Positions 1 to 13,695 are shown, numbered from the stretch's first letter. The stretch is DNA of 64,000 nucleotides from Antedon mediterranea (GCF_964355755.1 NC_092670.1:13192795-13256794); one strand, 5' to 3'. The notes: generated by a model from the letters alone, not told the origin. A program made the numbers and translations.

Positions 1-622
1 GAATTGCGCCTAGAAAATCAATCGCGCCTTTGTCATTTGATGATGTGCGTGCGTATGTTACCGACGAAAGAGTAAATCCCACCGATCCATAGAGAGTCGA
101 TTAATTCAATGTGATATTGAAAATATCATTGATATTCAGTTTTTAATACACATATCATGTTTACAAGAAAAATAATACAATCAATCATTGTTTTAACTGA
201 AAACTTTATTTACAATATACAAGTAAGTTACCACATTTTAGATGATTCAGACAACAGCCAATACTAGAGATCGAAAGAGAGACATGGCAGTAACAAAACA
301 CGTGCTTACATCTCTCGGCGGCGGCCGGTGAAAGCACCATGTGACATACAGTATCGCAGTACTGATATCACAATACCATGTGACATCCCTTGTCACTCGA
401 CTTTCTCACGAAGTAGGGCCTAAAACATTCTAGCACCGATGTACAAATGTACCTTAAGTTAAGTGAAATAAGACCTTAGCGCACTAGGAAAACGATCGTA
501 GCCTTCTTGAATGTATTATACGATCAAAGCAGCTAGCATTGAATTGCGCCTAGAAATCATTTGATGACGTGCGTATGTTACCGACGAAAGAGTAAATCCC
601 ACCGATAGAGTCGATTAATTCA
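1..622. repeat. Direct repeat pair, about 540 bp apart, truncated by the window edge
   Basis: GAATTGCGCCTAGAAA...ATTTGATGA..TGCGTATGTTACCGACGAAAGAGTAAATCCCACCGAT..AGAGTCGATTAATTCA occurs at 1-108 and again, with small deletions, at 541-622. Confidence 0.8.
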
Positions 623-1086
623 TATCGAATCGAATAATTACATGAAAATCGAAAATGATAACATTTGGATTGTGTATAAATAAATACTTTGGGTACAATT
701 TTAGATGATCAAAAAGACACGCGCATTATTAAACAGAATACCATCACTGATAGGAGGGCCTGTCGGATTTACTGAAATGACCGTACTAGTCAATTCTATG
801 GTTTCATTAAAAAAAAAAATTAAAAAAAAGTGTGTGAACATTGTATAGCTTTATTTATTATTAAATGTTATAGTGTACAGAAAAGAATTTCTGATTTTAT
901 TTGACCAAATAAATGCTGTGAGAGCAGTTGACTGACTAACAAATAAGTTACAGTAGGCCTATTTATTTTCAAATATATAATTCACAATTACTTCTTTATT
1001 GTATCAAATAATTATCAAACTTGGTACCTTTAAAAACATCTAACTAACTTAAGCTACGAAATTAACAAATAAGTAACAGAACTTAA

Positions 1087-1642
1087 AGATGTATTTTTCC
1101 TTGAAACACAAAAAATGAAGGTCAAAATATTCTAAATTTTAATCGGCCATATCAAAGTAATATTAAAGTTGTTCACTTAAAGTCGAAAATTCGAGCCAAA
1201 AACAACAAGTTTACATAATAAACAGAGGTAAATTAATTTGATTACATTTCGTCTGGAAAATCGTCGCGAGCGAAAGTAAACTAAGATTTCAAACCACGAG
1301 TACGCATTGTGCATGATGCTAATTAGGATTGTTTACAACTCGTCACAGTTGAGAAGGTGTTTTCACACAGATCGCGAGGAAGTTTTATGATTATGCATAC
1401 AGAGTAGCCAAACAAGAGCAATGCATTATGAGATATGTTTTTATCAAAAACTTTGACTGGAAGTCAAAGTTATTTTTTGAACAAAAAAAACGTCTATTCT
1501 GTATTTCAATTAAATTATTTTTTTTTTTCGACTAATTTTTGGTGAAAGTTAATAACTATTATGATACTTCAAAATAACCCACTTTTTTTCGAAATCTTTT
1601 ATTTTTTATTTTTTTGGAATTAGTAAAAGGGGCAATACATCT
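1087..1642. mobile_element. Kolobok-like MITE
   Basis: TTAA flanks at 1083-1086 and 1643-1646. Inverted termini AGATGTATT / AATACATCT. No coding capacity. Confidence 0.7.
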
Positions 1643-3550
1643 TTAAAAGAAAATAAAAATTTGATCCAGGTCAGGGTCCAAAATTTGCGTTATTTGACGT
1701 TCTAAAGACTGATGTAAGACTCTCTGTTGTGGCTTGGGCTAGTTGAACGATGGACACCAGAACTTAACGCTTTCATGATGAGGCCAACTCAGGGGTGGCG
1801 CCAGGATCTTCCCGACGCGGGGGCTACATTCCCCGACGAGGGGGCTATGCGAGCGAAGCGAGCATCAGCACTAGGCTGAGGGCCAGGGGCCCCCGGTGGG
1901 GGTCCAGAGCCCCCGGAAGCAACGCGTTCTAGCGTCATTTGAGGTCTTTTTAATCAGATTTAGGGTAGCCATTTTTTCCATTTTTTATAATGCATAAATA
2001 AAATACTGCGTGCAAAAAAACGATGCCCGATGACTGTTTCAATCCATATTTTTCAATTTAAAAAATAAAAGTTCAAAGAAAATTTAGAAAAATAGAGTTG
2101 GAGGTCCCGGAAATTGGACTTATTATACAGTACTTCAAAACATGAAAAAAAATATATAAGTCCCTATCATGGGTTGTGACTGAGCTAAGAAATGTTTGAA
2201 AAATAGAGATGTTAGGTCCCGGAAAATGTACTTCTTGTTCTTCGAAATATGACCAGCTTTATTGTTGGGGCTGAGCTAAGAAAATGTTTAAAACTAGAGC
2301 TGCAGGTCTTCAAAAAATTGCATTTTATACTTTGGAAACATCAGGCCTAGAGGCTTAAAAAACGCAAGCGTAGACCTTTTTTAGTCGGGGAAAAAAGTTT
2401 ATTCCTCCCAGGTGTATGCATGCGTACCATCTGGACTTCCAAATGGTGGTGAGAAATTCATGACATACAGGATATTGAAAATGTAATAACTATAGCCTAG
2501 TAGTATAGCTATAATGTTGGCTAAGCGAAAATGGCATGTTTTTTTGTTTATCTCTATGGTGGTAGGATTTGTTGCTCTGGTAGGTATCTGGTTATGTTTA
2601 GTAGGACCGATAGGTTGGTAGGTAGTAGTAGTAGGTCCAGGGCTGCAGCCAGCATGAGGCAGACGAGCCACTCGCCTCGTCTGAAATTTTCAATCTTCAC
2701 TAACCACCCCAATTCCTAAACACAGATCGTTATATTTTTTAAACAATAAACGACAAGGTCCAGACTCTGCAAATAGAAAAGAAAGTGGTTGTGACTTTTG
2801 TATTGATTTTGGCATTTGTATTGATAATGATAGGCCGCGGTTTTAAAAACGTTTCTGTGAAGATGATTTTTAGAAGATGAAAAATGCCAGAGAATCCTTT
2901 CTAATACTCGACAAGCTGTCGATTCATAAATTTCTTCAAATAAAAAAGGGAAAAATATTTTGCAAGACTACATCTGTCTATTAAATGGTCATTTCAAATT
3001 ATTTTCACTATAAATAATACAGTAACAATTGTATTTTTATTATGACAATAAAAAAAATATTTAATATTATTATGCGATAAAAAAGGACTACCTGCTATGT
3101 CACCAGATATGTAGCATAGAAATGTAGAGCTGTGCACACTTGTAGAACTGGCGGAACAGAATGATTTTTATTTGATTTAGATTTATTCATGTATAATTAA
3201 ATCTGTGTTTTCTATATAGATCATTGTCATTATATATATCCAAAGGATGTGATCTAACATGGAAAACTTGTTCAATGCATGGTCTTTCATGATCAATAAT
3301 AACAAGGCCTGTAATTCTGCCCTGTCATGAAAGAACGACTCAACTGACACATTTTTCCAAAATCACTTTTTTAGCTTTTTGGGCTATTTAGGGAATGATA
3401 CACCTTGTGGTATATTCAGATATTCAAAATTTTAACTAAAAATATGAAATTTAAAAATCAAAATACCACTCAATTACAAGTGTGTTACTATTGTCAGCAA
3501 AGACTAACTCAACTACAAATGCCATGAAAGACTCACTCAATTGACATATT

Positions 3551-5742
3551 ACTTGTTTACTTACTTACTTGTTTACTTGTTTCCGGAGCTCAGCAATGCT
3601 GGGTCCGGAGTCGAGGCTAGGCTATGCCTATAAGCCCCTCTTGATAATTACATCAACTCTTGAATATGGCGCAAATTTAAGAGGGTGGTTGGACCATGCC
3701 CGTTCAAGACCGGACTTAAATTGATTGGTTGATCTTGAAGCTACTACATCCTTCGATAACGAATTCCATAATATAATATAGCTTTTCGACCAAATGAGTC
3801 CCTCATCCAATTTGTGCGTGAGAACTTAAATTTTAATTTAAAAGAATGACCACGTGTTCTAACATCTTCATCACGCTCAAAAAAAGAATCAGCAGAAATA
3901 CTATCCACTCCATGTAAAATTTTAAAAATCTTTATCAAATGAGCTCTTTGCCTTCTGTATGCGAGAGTAGGTAGGTTGAGAATTTTCAGCCTTTCTGAAT
4001 AAGGTAAATGACGAATGGAAAAAATAAGCTTGGTGGCACGTTCTTGGACTTTTTCCAATAGGTCTTCCTCCTTACAATGTACTACTCGCACTGGCCGATC
4101 GCCAAGTCGCCATGGGCGAAAACGTTTCCAGATTGGCGAAAAATAAAACGGCTACTTTAGCCATTTTGGCGATGACATATGATAAAATAGATAATTAAAT
4201 AATCATTTTGGCGAAAGCCTAAAGTCCAACTAAAAGGTCCATTTGTCGATCTCCAAGCATTTATTTTGTTCGTTATCACGTTGTTTACTTCAAGCTCCAT
4301 TTTTCGTCAACTTGTTACGTTGTACCAGGCGTCTCTTTGTTATTTCAAAAAGATGGATATAGCAGAGGTAGACTGCACAGAGAGACAGACGTTACACGGC
4401 ACATGGATGATGAAGTCTACCCAAATTATCACGTGTTGTGCGCTGCACAAACGACTACTACGTAGCCGACGGTCGGCTAATTACCGGGATTGTTATTTTT
4501 CGATAGGGGTGTACTTTTCAGATTAAAAAGAAACATTATAGTATCTTCGATGAATGACGTCTTAATCTTATCGAAATCAAAAATGTATGCGTTATGCATT
4601 TTAGAGTCTTCCAATTTAATGTAGTTTCATATTTTACCCTTAATAAACTTCCCTCGTGCGTCAGTGTAAACAAAACAACATGCGGGAAATGGTAGAGTCT
4701 AACGGAGATTTAGCTAAACACACACGTGCATCTGAGCGGGGCCGGCCGCCGGCTTCTGTGTTGTTGTGTAAATAAATAATAATCGGGATAAATTTCTCGC
4801 CCTGACAGAAACGCTTCAGCGCAGCCTTGACATGAGGGATGGAAAGACGTGTACTCTGTGCTTTGGCCTATATTATCTTACGTTCAACAACGAAATGAGT
4901 TTTTAGCATACGATATACCGTTGTACATAATTTTGTAGGCCTAGGCCGGCGGTTCTGCACTTTCGCACCTCTTGAGCATACCCAATTTAAAAACATTAAC
5001 CCGCTGCGCGGCGGTAATGCTGAGTGACCGTGAAGTCTCGGACACGATTTTCGCCTGGTACGCGATGGAAGCCTTCACACACAAACATGACCAGCCAAGC
5101 GTAAAAAAACAAAAGTAACATAGCGTTCAGGGGATTTCAGAAAACTGTAAAATGTTTCTTATTAAATTGATAACTGTATGATTAAAAACAATTTGAACAA
5201 TTGTTTTAATTCATGTAAAAAAAAATACAAAAAAAATATTTTTTTTAATCATACAGTGATTTAGGCATGGTTCTTTATCTCAATGTACAAAAACGTTCAG
5301 GGAACAGTGTATAGACCTGTTGACATAGATAAATTGACTAAAATGTTTTTACCATTATATTTCAACAATTTTAAATTTTGACTAAAAACCGATTCATTTG
5401 GCTAAATAAAAAAATTTGACTTTAGCCATTTTGGCTATAGATAAACTGATTTGACTAAAAGTAAAAAAAATATTTAGATTTTCGCCAAATGGCTAAACAA
5501 AATGAAATGTTACTGCTACCCCAGTGTAGCGAGTTAAAAACAACGTTGCAGTATTCCAAGGTTGGACGAATAATAGCTTTATATAAATGAAGAAACCCAT
5601 CCATATTTAAAAACTTGAAAGCTCGATATACCATGCCCAACTTCCGATTTGCTCTCATTGCTACATCTGCCACATGTACATTAAAAACAAGTTTAGAGTC
5701 AATAGTAACACCGAGGTCTTTTTCATGATCAACTTCATTCAA
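3551..5742 (-). mobile_element. 5'-truncated CR1-type LINE (RT C-terminus, 3' UTR, microsatellite tail), split by an insertion
   Basis: EKDLGVTIDSKL...YKAIIRPTLEYCNVVF (5527-5742) continues as CKEEDLLEKVQERATKL...RLKILNLPTLAYRR...RTRGH (3744-4079), with a frameshift near 3790. (TAAG/TAAACAAG)n tail at 3551-3581. Confidence 0.9.
4082..5526. mobile_element. Non-autonomous DNA element with TA duplication, inserted in the CR1 fragment
   Basis: TA at 4080-4081 and 5527-5528. Removing the insert and one TA restores F-N-S-L-H-C-K in frame. The ends share only CACTGG/CCAGTG. Confidence 0.8.
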
Positions 5743-6788
5743 TTAGAAACCACGCATAGTTTTGCTAGTTGCATAATTAACACCTATTATGTCATAGGAA
5801 ACCCATTCAAGTGCACAACAATGTAGTCTGGGCTCCAGACGGAGTTTTTTCTTAATATTAGTAAAAATATAAATATTTTTGCACATATGGCGTTTCATAC
5901 GTGTATTACTTGATTTTGGATACTCCGTCTGGGGAAACACGCAAAAGTCACGTGGTTTGACACCAAGAATTCTTGGTGCATAGATTATCCGGTTGACTAG
6001 TTTCAGCTGCATGCGATTGGCTACTCACTCGTACACAGTTTTAATATTCATGTTTCAGAATTTCAAAGACTCAACAACTAAGAAGGTACGCATGCGCTAT
6101 GTTACGTTTAGACAATGTGTACTTGGGTACATTAATGAAAGTTTCTGAAGGCTAGAAATGATTTTATACCGTATGCCTAGTAGTAGTCTGGTAAAAATTT
6201 GATGGGATTTTTCCCAAGAAAACTCGTCTTGCTTCTCCGCAAATCAAACATTGAATGGATCATTTAATATTACGCGGAGATAATTTGATTTAATTCCCAC
6301 CCAGACCCTGTCCTGTTCTGTGTAGTGTAGCCCTGTCTGTTGTGTGTGAATCCTGTTGTGTGCCGGTGGTGGTATGTAGGCCTACCTTATTGGCGTTTTA
6401 TTTGGCAGGTCATACGTGCGAGTTAAGTAGGACCTACGAAGGAGGCCTAGGCTAAGGACTAAACAATTAATAAACAAAACAAATTGGCAACACGATTTCA
6501 TATTTCAACAGTCTCGATCGTACATTCAGCACTGTACGTACTCGATCTTTTTCATTTTGAAACAAAATGATCATTGGTTGATTCGAAAATCCATATTTAC
6601 ATACCGCCCGCCCCATATAGCCAAATACGGTATGATAACCTACGTCATTCTTATCGGATGTTTGCGGTCTGCAAATCGATTTCTATACGTGTTTCACAAG
6701 TCTGTATTTTCAGACAAAAATCGCGGCCGAAATAAAACAAATAAATAAAAAACAATACAGACTTGGGGCAAGTCTAACAACAATGGTG

Positions 6789-7294
6789 CAGCCCACGAAT
6801 TTCACGTCGGCAATCGGCAATTGCCGACCTTATTCACCACCATGTTGTGTTTAGTTAACAAACCATGGAATTAAGATGATCCCTGAATTCACTCAACCAT
6901 TACATCATTTTGCGTGTGAGCTGCATGCTTTCCTATCAAAACCAAGCTGGCTGGGCGCGGCAGACCTGTGTAGGGGAATACCCTGTTTGTTATGCCAAGC
7001 AAGCAACTATGCTCTGTGTACAGCTAGCTCCAGAACCATGATGTTCAGCAATTATCAAATAGAATTTATCTTGTAAATTTTAGTGTTAGGTTTTTATATT
7101 TTAGTTAATTTTGCTAGTTCTTTTTGCATAACATATAGCTAGGGAGGAGGCCTAGGCCTAGCTATGCCTTAGGTTAGCAAGAGGTTAGGCCTTGGTGAAT
7201 TTTCTATTTTTAGAACTGCCGAGACTGCCGACCTTGGCGAATTTAAGGTCGGCAATTTTTTGCCGACCTTCTTTTTTCTGAATTTCGTGGGCTG
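6789..7294. mobile_element. hAT-like MITE with 6-bp TSD
   Basis: TIR CAGCCCACGAA / TTCGTGGGCTG. ATGGTG duplicated at 6783-6788 and 7295-7300. Subterminal TGCCGACC motifs. Confidence 0.8.
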
Positions 7295-7536
7295 ATGGTG
7301 TTTATTGCAAAGCTGTGTACCCAAATGTTGTTCAGGGAAAAATTTCATGTAACAATTTTGTTTAGCAATATTGCTAATCAAACTGATTTTTAAGTCGAGA
7401 AACATAGTTTTGTATTATATTTTTTGCTACACAATTTTAGAAATGTGTAGCAATAAGGTTGTTTTGTATAGCTTTTTGCTATGCTACACTGACGAAAATG
7501 TTCCCTGGTTGTTGTTTTAAACATAATATAATTTGG

Positions 7537-8613
7537 GGGTGTCACGAAAGCTCAGACCACGAAAGCTCAGACCCCCTAAGACCTAAGATCACGAAAGCTA
7601 AGACCCAACACCTAAGATTACAAATATTTATCTTTCGCACCTGCCTTGTATTTTAACTCCCAACATTTATTCTGAATACCACACCTTAGAATTGGCACTT
7701 TCATGAAAAAGAATCACATAAAAAGTAACAAATACATTTTTAAATTGATGATTTTACAGACGTTTTTCTCGCACACAAAATGACTAGCCTACAGTACAGT
7801 AGGCCTACCCCATGGGCCATGTTCAATGTTTTTGTTTCTATGGAACGTCAAAAGAGCAAAAATTATATAGAGGGCTGAAAACTCTGTGGAGTCCATCTAC
7901 AGTGTGGATGGAACAATGTAAAATTAAAATTGTAATGATAATAGTATAATCATGCAAGTACGAAGAAATAAATACTGGCAAATAAATTTTAACTTAAAAA
8001 TCATGATAAGTTTTTTTGTTTCGTTTTCTTTCTGTTTTTATACTTGTACTATTATTGTTGCTCTTTTGGCGCTCCATAGAAACAAAAACATTGAGCATGG
8101 AGCTCGAGGAGTTACATTACAGTATACAAAGAAACACATCTGTAAAATCATCAATTTAAAGGATTTATTTATTTGTTATTATGTGTTTCTCCTTCTGAAA
8201 GTACTTATAAGTCCTAATTTTAAAGTGTGGTGTTCAGGATAAAGTTAGTCAACAAATTTGGAATCAAAATACAAGAAAGGCAGGTGCGTAAGAAAAACAT
8301 CCTCTGAACCAACACAATGGAGTAAATATATACCAACAAACAACCCGTCAAGTTTGTTTGTTGTAAAGAAAAAATATACATTTACTCAACGGGCGAAAAT
8401 AATGTGAGTTTATCTATGTTTTGCGGTAGTATTAAATTATATTTATGGTAATAAATGAAACCTACTGTGTTTAAAATTATGTATGGATAAACAAGTATTG
8501 TTTTTAAGCTGTAGTATATCTTAGTATTTGTAATCTTAGGTGTTGGGTCTTAGCTTTCGTGATCTTAGGTCTTAGGGGTCTGAGCTTTCGTGGTCTGAGG
8601 TTTCGTGACACCC
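7537..8613. mobile_element. Mutator-like (foldback) MITE
   Basis: About 90-bp near-perfect TIR (GGGTGTCACGAAAGCTCAGACC...). 10-bp TSD TATAATTTGG at 7527-7536 and 8614-8623. Confidence 0.85.
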
Positions 8614-10200
8614 TATAATTTGGTACTGCCCTACAAGTAATTGTCAATAATTATTTTATTCAATACTCACTTAAACTTGTTTAGTTATTATTAGAGTATT
8701 AATTTTATTTCTGGAATATTTAGAATTAAATACCCCGGAGAGAGACTATGTGAACACCGTAATGATATTATTATTGAATATTCTCCCTCTTAAATTAATA
8801 CTTAAAACTAAAAGTAAAAATACAAGAAACATGAAAAAGAATATTTTAAACTTATTTTAGTTAAAAATCTATGTAACACACTAAATATACAGGAAAGTGG
8901 GAAATGTGATGTTAGCAATGTATATACGGTAGTGTCTCTGTGTAGTAGGCCTACAAAAATAATTCTCAAAAATGAATTAATTATAATATATCATGTCTTA
9001 AAAGGTGTCATTATTTTGTATAACATATAATCTTTTTCATTTTCCTCTAATGAAATAATATTACATATAAAAGGCATTCTTTATAAGCAAAACCCCCAAT
9101 TAGTCTTAGGCTTAGCTTATACCAAGCCAAAAAACGCCCAGGCAGACAATGAGAATTGGCCTAGGAACATAAATCTTTAAAAAAATCAATATGTAACTAA
9201 GTATTATATGAACTAAAGTCTTATTATCAAATTATTAAGTAGTATAAATTGTTTTTTATATTATGTTTACGTTAAATTAGTACTTTCTTAAAACTACATT
9301 TTGTAGTTGAGTTGATTCTTTCATGACAAATGCAGTTGAGTGAGTCTTTCGTGATTTTCTTGTGTATGATTGATCAAGAATGTCATGAAAAAACAGTAAA
9401 ACTGACATATCTAAAATTATAGTCAGTAATTTTAATAATTTTGTCTACACAATAAAGCGTACTTATATGTACTACTAAAAGGTGTGAAAATCAAAATAAT
9501 ATTATCTACACATAAGAAGGGCTAAAACAATAACACATATGAGGCGCTCCAGCTCAAAAGCGGCGCTGTGTCGCAATAGACCAACCTATGTAATAACTAT
9601 CACAAAGTTCAATTTCAGCGAATTTGAAAACATTTTCAATTTTATTTTTTTTACATAATATAAATTATTGATTGTTTTACCTACCCACGAAGTCTTATAA
9701 TGAACCAATAAATATAAATGTGTTAAATTCCGTAATCTTTGAAGTGTGTTTCTTTTAAAATATCTGAAAACAAAAATGTACAGTGCCCGAACGACAATAA
9801 AATACTCCATTTTTCGCTAGAAGTATCATCGGCTTTCTCCTTCGCAAACTCCGCCATGTTTGGTATCGGCAGAAAGCTTAGATTTTATTCTATCTAACCC
9901 TGCCCTTGATTCGTTGGATAAATATTATTCTAACCAATTAAACATCGTCTTATTGCCGTCTTGTTGTTGCTATCTTGCCCAAACAAATCTGTAAAAACTA
10001 CGTTGCTGATTGGTCAATTTTCATTACATCATTACTGAGCATGCGCATTTGCTATGTTTACGCTTCGATCTGGCTACCGCGCCTGCGCAAAGTAGATCGA
10101 ACAACACATGTTCCAGGGAAATTCTCACGAAAACATACTTTATTCATCTAGCGAGCGATAACTATTATTTATATTACTGATTTTTCGCAATACGTTCGTA

Positions 10201-11046
10201 ATGTCTCGGAAGGACCCGCCTAAGGAAATTCTAGATGCGTTAAATGGTGCCAATGATTTTGGTTTTATTTTGATAATGAGGATGCTGAAGTAATCTCAAC
10301 CAACTCATGATGACCAACTAGGTCTAGGCCTAGGGCCTAGTACTTTTTGCTGACGATGACGAAGTTGAGAATGGCCATCCTAGGCCCGTTACCCAGAGGG
10401 TAGACGTCCTTTTAGATGTAATGAAATGCCTCTGTAAGTACATTTGATTTTTTCTTGTATGTAAACTAAAATCCGTCTTGTCACATTAAATGTTGAACAT
10501 CACTATGAAGAAATGATATAACTTTAACTTTATATTATTAATATTACTAGGCTAGGCCTATGGTCTACTATACTAATTCAATAAATTAGTTGAGGTAAAA
10601 TAAAGTCAACTTAGGCTTAGGCTAATTAAAAATGTCAATAAGCAAATTTGATTTTTACAAATACATTCATGCTTGTTTGTTAAATTAAACTGACTGTATT
10701 TGTTTTTCTTTAGTTGTGACAAAACTGCAGATTGGTGTAACATTCAAAATGATGAAGAACTGCAGAAAATCCGATCATTCAAACACTGCATATGTGGTAA
10801 CGGACACGACAAAAACGTTTGCCTAAAACAATTTGAGGAAGAATTTATGTATGGTGTATTACAAGGAGTATATTGATACGCCTACAGTTGCTGAAGAATG
10901 AAAACAACATACCTCCACTTATTTTACCAGAACCCATTCCATACCCTGGTTTATCATTTAAAAGGCAATCATACCTCTATGACTCGGTACAAGAGTTTTG
11001 TAAATTTGAGGCAAGGGATAGTGTGTGTCCCGCTCCAAGCGAGTAG
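10201..11046 (+). pseudogene. Transposase remnant (N- and C-termini only) of the Sola-like element
   Basis: Hand translation gives CDKTADWC...KHCICGNGHDKNVCLKQFEEEF (from 10715) and LPEPIPYPGLSFKRQSYLYDSVQEFCKFEARDSVCPAPSE* (stop 11044-11046). A GT-AG intron lies at about 10434-10713. Catalytic core is absent and there are frameshifts. Confidence 0.6.
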
Positions 11047-12132
11047 AGGTCCTGTCGAAATATATTGTTGTAGAGTTAAAAATCTTGTTTAGCAATTTAT
11101 TTATTTGCAATAAAATTAATATAGATTTTAAGTGACAGTTGCGGCAATTTTAACTGGTCAAATATTTAAATTTTTATTTGTTTTGTATTTATATTTTAAT
11201 GTGCAATCTATTTACTTTTCTATTAAATGAAATTTTTTGACGATCATCTCATACTGGTTTAACTTTTTTAACAGGGCAATAACTTTAATAGCAATTTATT
11301 AATATACTTTTATTTATACTTTTATTTATACTTTTATTTTATACTTTCATTTAATACAGTAATTCAAAAATGTGTATATAAATTTTCTCAGTGTCATGCT
11401 TTGTCGACTTTCATTTTGTTGGCATTCAGTTGAGTTACTGAAAATGATAATTTTGAAATAAATTAATGATTTTAACAACTAATGTTCTTTATTGTATTGT
11501 TATTGTGTGTGCAAAATTTCTTTACAATCAGACAATGGGAACTTTACTGTTGCTATGGTGTTTTGACTGTCCTTTTCCAAAACCAGCTCTGTTGATTTCA
11601 AAGTCATTTTCCTCTAAAACCTGGATTTCCTTTTAGTGAAAGTGCTGTTTAGTTTTTGGCTTATAACTTTGGATAGGTTCAACTAAATTTAATGTATGAT
11701 ATATCATTGTAAAGCTTAATATGTAAAGAATATGAATTTATAAAAAGATAGGAATTAAAAAAATTTATCTGGATGCTGATTTTGAGCTGGTGTGCCTCAT
11801 TTTGTTGATTATCTCAAAACTTTGCTTTATGCAGTTGAGTCGTTCTTTCATGACGGGACAGTGTTATTATCAGCAAATTTTGACAAAAAAACAGATTGAC
11901 TGTGTTAAGATTTCTCCGAGTAGACTTTTAAGACCGCGTTCTAGCAATGGTCTATTAATAAAGACTACTTGCTACAGTACGTCACAAATTATAGCCGTTA
12001 ATCATAAAATTGGTCAAATCTATAACGTTTACGATCCATAGTCTCATAATTTTGTTTTTACATTTACACAATAATCTAATAACCTATACTCACTACCCCT
12101 AATAGGCCTTTGTTGTGTCATTTTTGTTTTAG

Positions 12133-12468
12133 TGGGCCAAGGTATTAACACCATTACTGCAGAATCGCAAACTGCAATTGAAGGACAGCAGATAACACTG
12201 CCATGTTATTATACACCAACAAATGCGATCGTTGGAAAAATGTACTGGAATAAAAATGGAACGCCTATTGCAATAAAAGGAGAGACACCAGATTCTACTT
12301 CTAGATACTGGTTGAGTGATCCAACACTGATTGGCAATGCAGGAAATGTTAGCTTGGTTATCGAAAACGTCACCAGATGGGATGCAGGATCATACACTTG
12401 TGGAGTAAATGATGAATCTACTGGTGGTGTTATAATTCGCAAAGATGTCTGTGAATTAACAGTGTATT
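12133..12468 (+). CDS. Exon: Ig V-set domain of a cell-surface Ig-superfamily receptor
   Basis: TTTTAG acceptor and GTAAGT donor, phase 1-1, 336 nt. QITLPC..MYWNK..SLVIENVTRWDAGSYTC carries the canonical C/W/DxGxYxC pattern. Confidence 0.92.
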
Positions 12469-12702
12469 GTAAGTATTGATAATATATAGACATGTATATT
12501 TGTACCCTGAACAAAACAACCCTGTTTTCTGACCACCTATATAATAGTTTGCTGTGACCTGAACCAAGAAAGTGGCTTTCTTCAAATTACAAAGAGAACC
12601 GTTCAATTGACCCCTCAGAAGTTTAAAAACAGGCCTGGTAACTGTAATGCAATAGAAAATGTTATTTATCTACATTAAAAAAATAATTTTAATTATTGAC
12701 AG

Positions 12703-12984
12703 ATTTGGATAAGCCAACACTGTCAACTTTAGGTCCTTTGGAAGTTGCAAGAGGAAGCAAAGTTGAAATGTCTTGCGTCTTGAACGAAGCCTTCCCGACA
12801 CCAATAAAAATAACATGGTTTTATGGAAATATGATGTTGGAAGAAAATCAAAATGATACAGTACTAGAAATTGGATTGTTTAATGAAAGTGATGCGGGGA
12901 ATTATAGCTGTAAAGTGGAAAATGGCGGTTTATTTGGTGAAAATGGAAAACCAAGTAACTATCTTACGTTTTGGCTGAAGAAAG
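12703..12984 (+). CDS. Exon: second Ig domain (I/C2-set)
   Basis: ACAG acceptor and GTAAAT donor, phase 1-1, 282 nt. KVEMSC..ITWF..LEI..DAGNYSC. Confidence 0.92.
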
Positions 12985-13194
12985 GTAAATTATAAGATGA
13001 TAGTAGATACATTGTCTTTTTCTAGCCCAGTTTTGATTATAAAGCAAGTGAGATCTTATTTTAGAGTGTTTTTTAGATACTAGCAATTACCGTATATATA
13101 TAAATAAATAATTAATTTTTATGAGTTGAATGTTGAGAATATGTCTTGAGTTGTAGCTTAAACAACGTAAGTGCTTCTACCTTGTATCGTCTAG

Positions 13195-13358
13195 GACCAA
13201 TAGAAAAAGAGGCTGTGGCAAAAAATCAAACAAACATCTCGACAACAGTTAACAGCAGTACGACAACTGTAGCAGTGTTAGTTAGTATAGCAATCATCAT
13301 CATAGTGGGGTGCAGTATATCTTATAAAATATATCCAAAACTTCAGGATTATTTTGCT
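13195..13358 (+). CDS. Exon: Ser/Thr-rich stalk and transmembrane helix
   Basis: CTAG acceptor and GTAAGT donor, phase 1-0. NISTTVNSSTTT, then VAVLVSIAIIIIVGCSISY, then KIYPKLQDYFA. Confidence 0.85.
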
Positions 13359-13695
13359 GTAAGTATTTTAATCATAATAAATGAAACCAGCCATTATAAA
13401 ACTGAAAAATTAGTTGATTGGTAGCTACAAACTTGTATTCAAATAAAATGTGCCTAAATGTCCAATCCAATCGGTAATAACAAAGAATATCACAAGAATG
13501 AGTAATCCACGATTTTTCCATTAGAAATTTGTAACAGAGAGTGATGCCTGCCCTCATAAGGGCAGATGTATACAGACTAAATAAGACTTGATTTAATAGA
13601 GTACATGTCACATTAAATAGAATTATGAAATATTTTGGATCTATAAAACATTTTATAAAACATATTTAATAACAAACTAGTGTACACTTCTACAG

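Larger units (their letters stand above)
3317..11861 (+). mobile_element. Sola-like (probably Sola1) internally deleted DNA transposon carrying nested insertions
   Basis: About 30-bp TIR: CTGCCCTGTCATGAAAGAACGACTCAACTG (3317) vs CAGTTGAGTCGTTCTTTCATGACGGGACAG (11832-11861). Related subterminal motifs near 3500-3545 and 9300-9350. Left flank AATT, right flank degenerate. Transposase-like remnant at 10201-11046. Superfamily call is from memory of motifs. Confidence 0.6.

Noticed and set aside
1790-2400. GC-rich CAGGGG-starting segment as a complete hAT MITE
   Set aside because: It looks like a left end, but no matching right TIR or TSD was found.
12209-12514. 101-aa minus-strand ORF
   Set aside because: Antisense shadow of the Ig V exon.
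13026-13166. AG...GT-bounded micro-exons between the Ig2 and TM exons
   Set aside because: They would need introns of only about 30-40 nt and their lengths break the frame.
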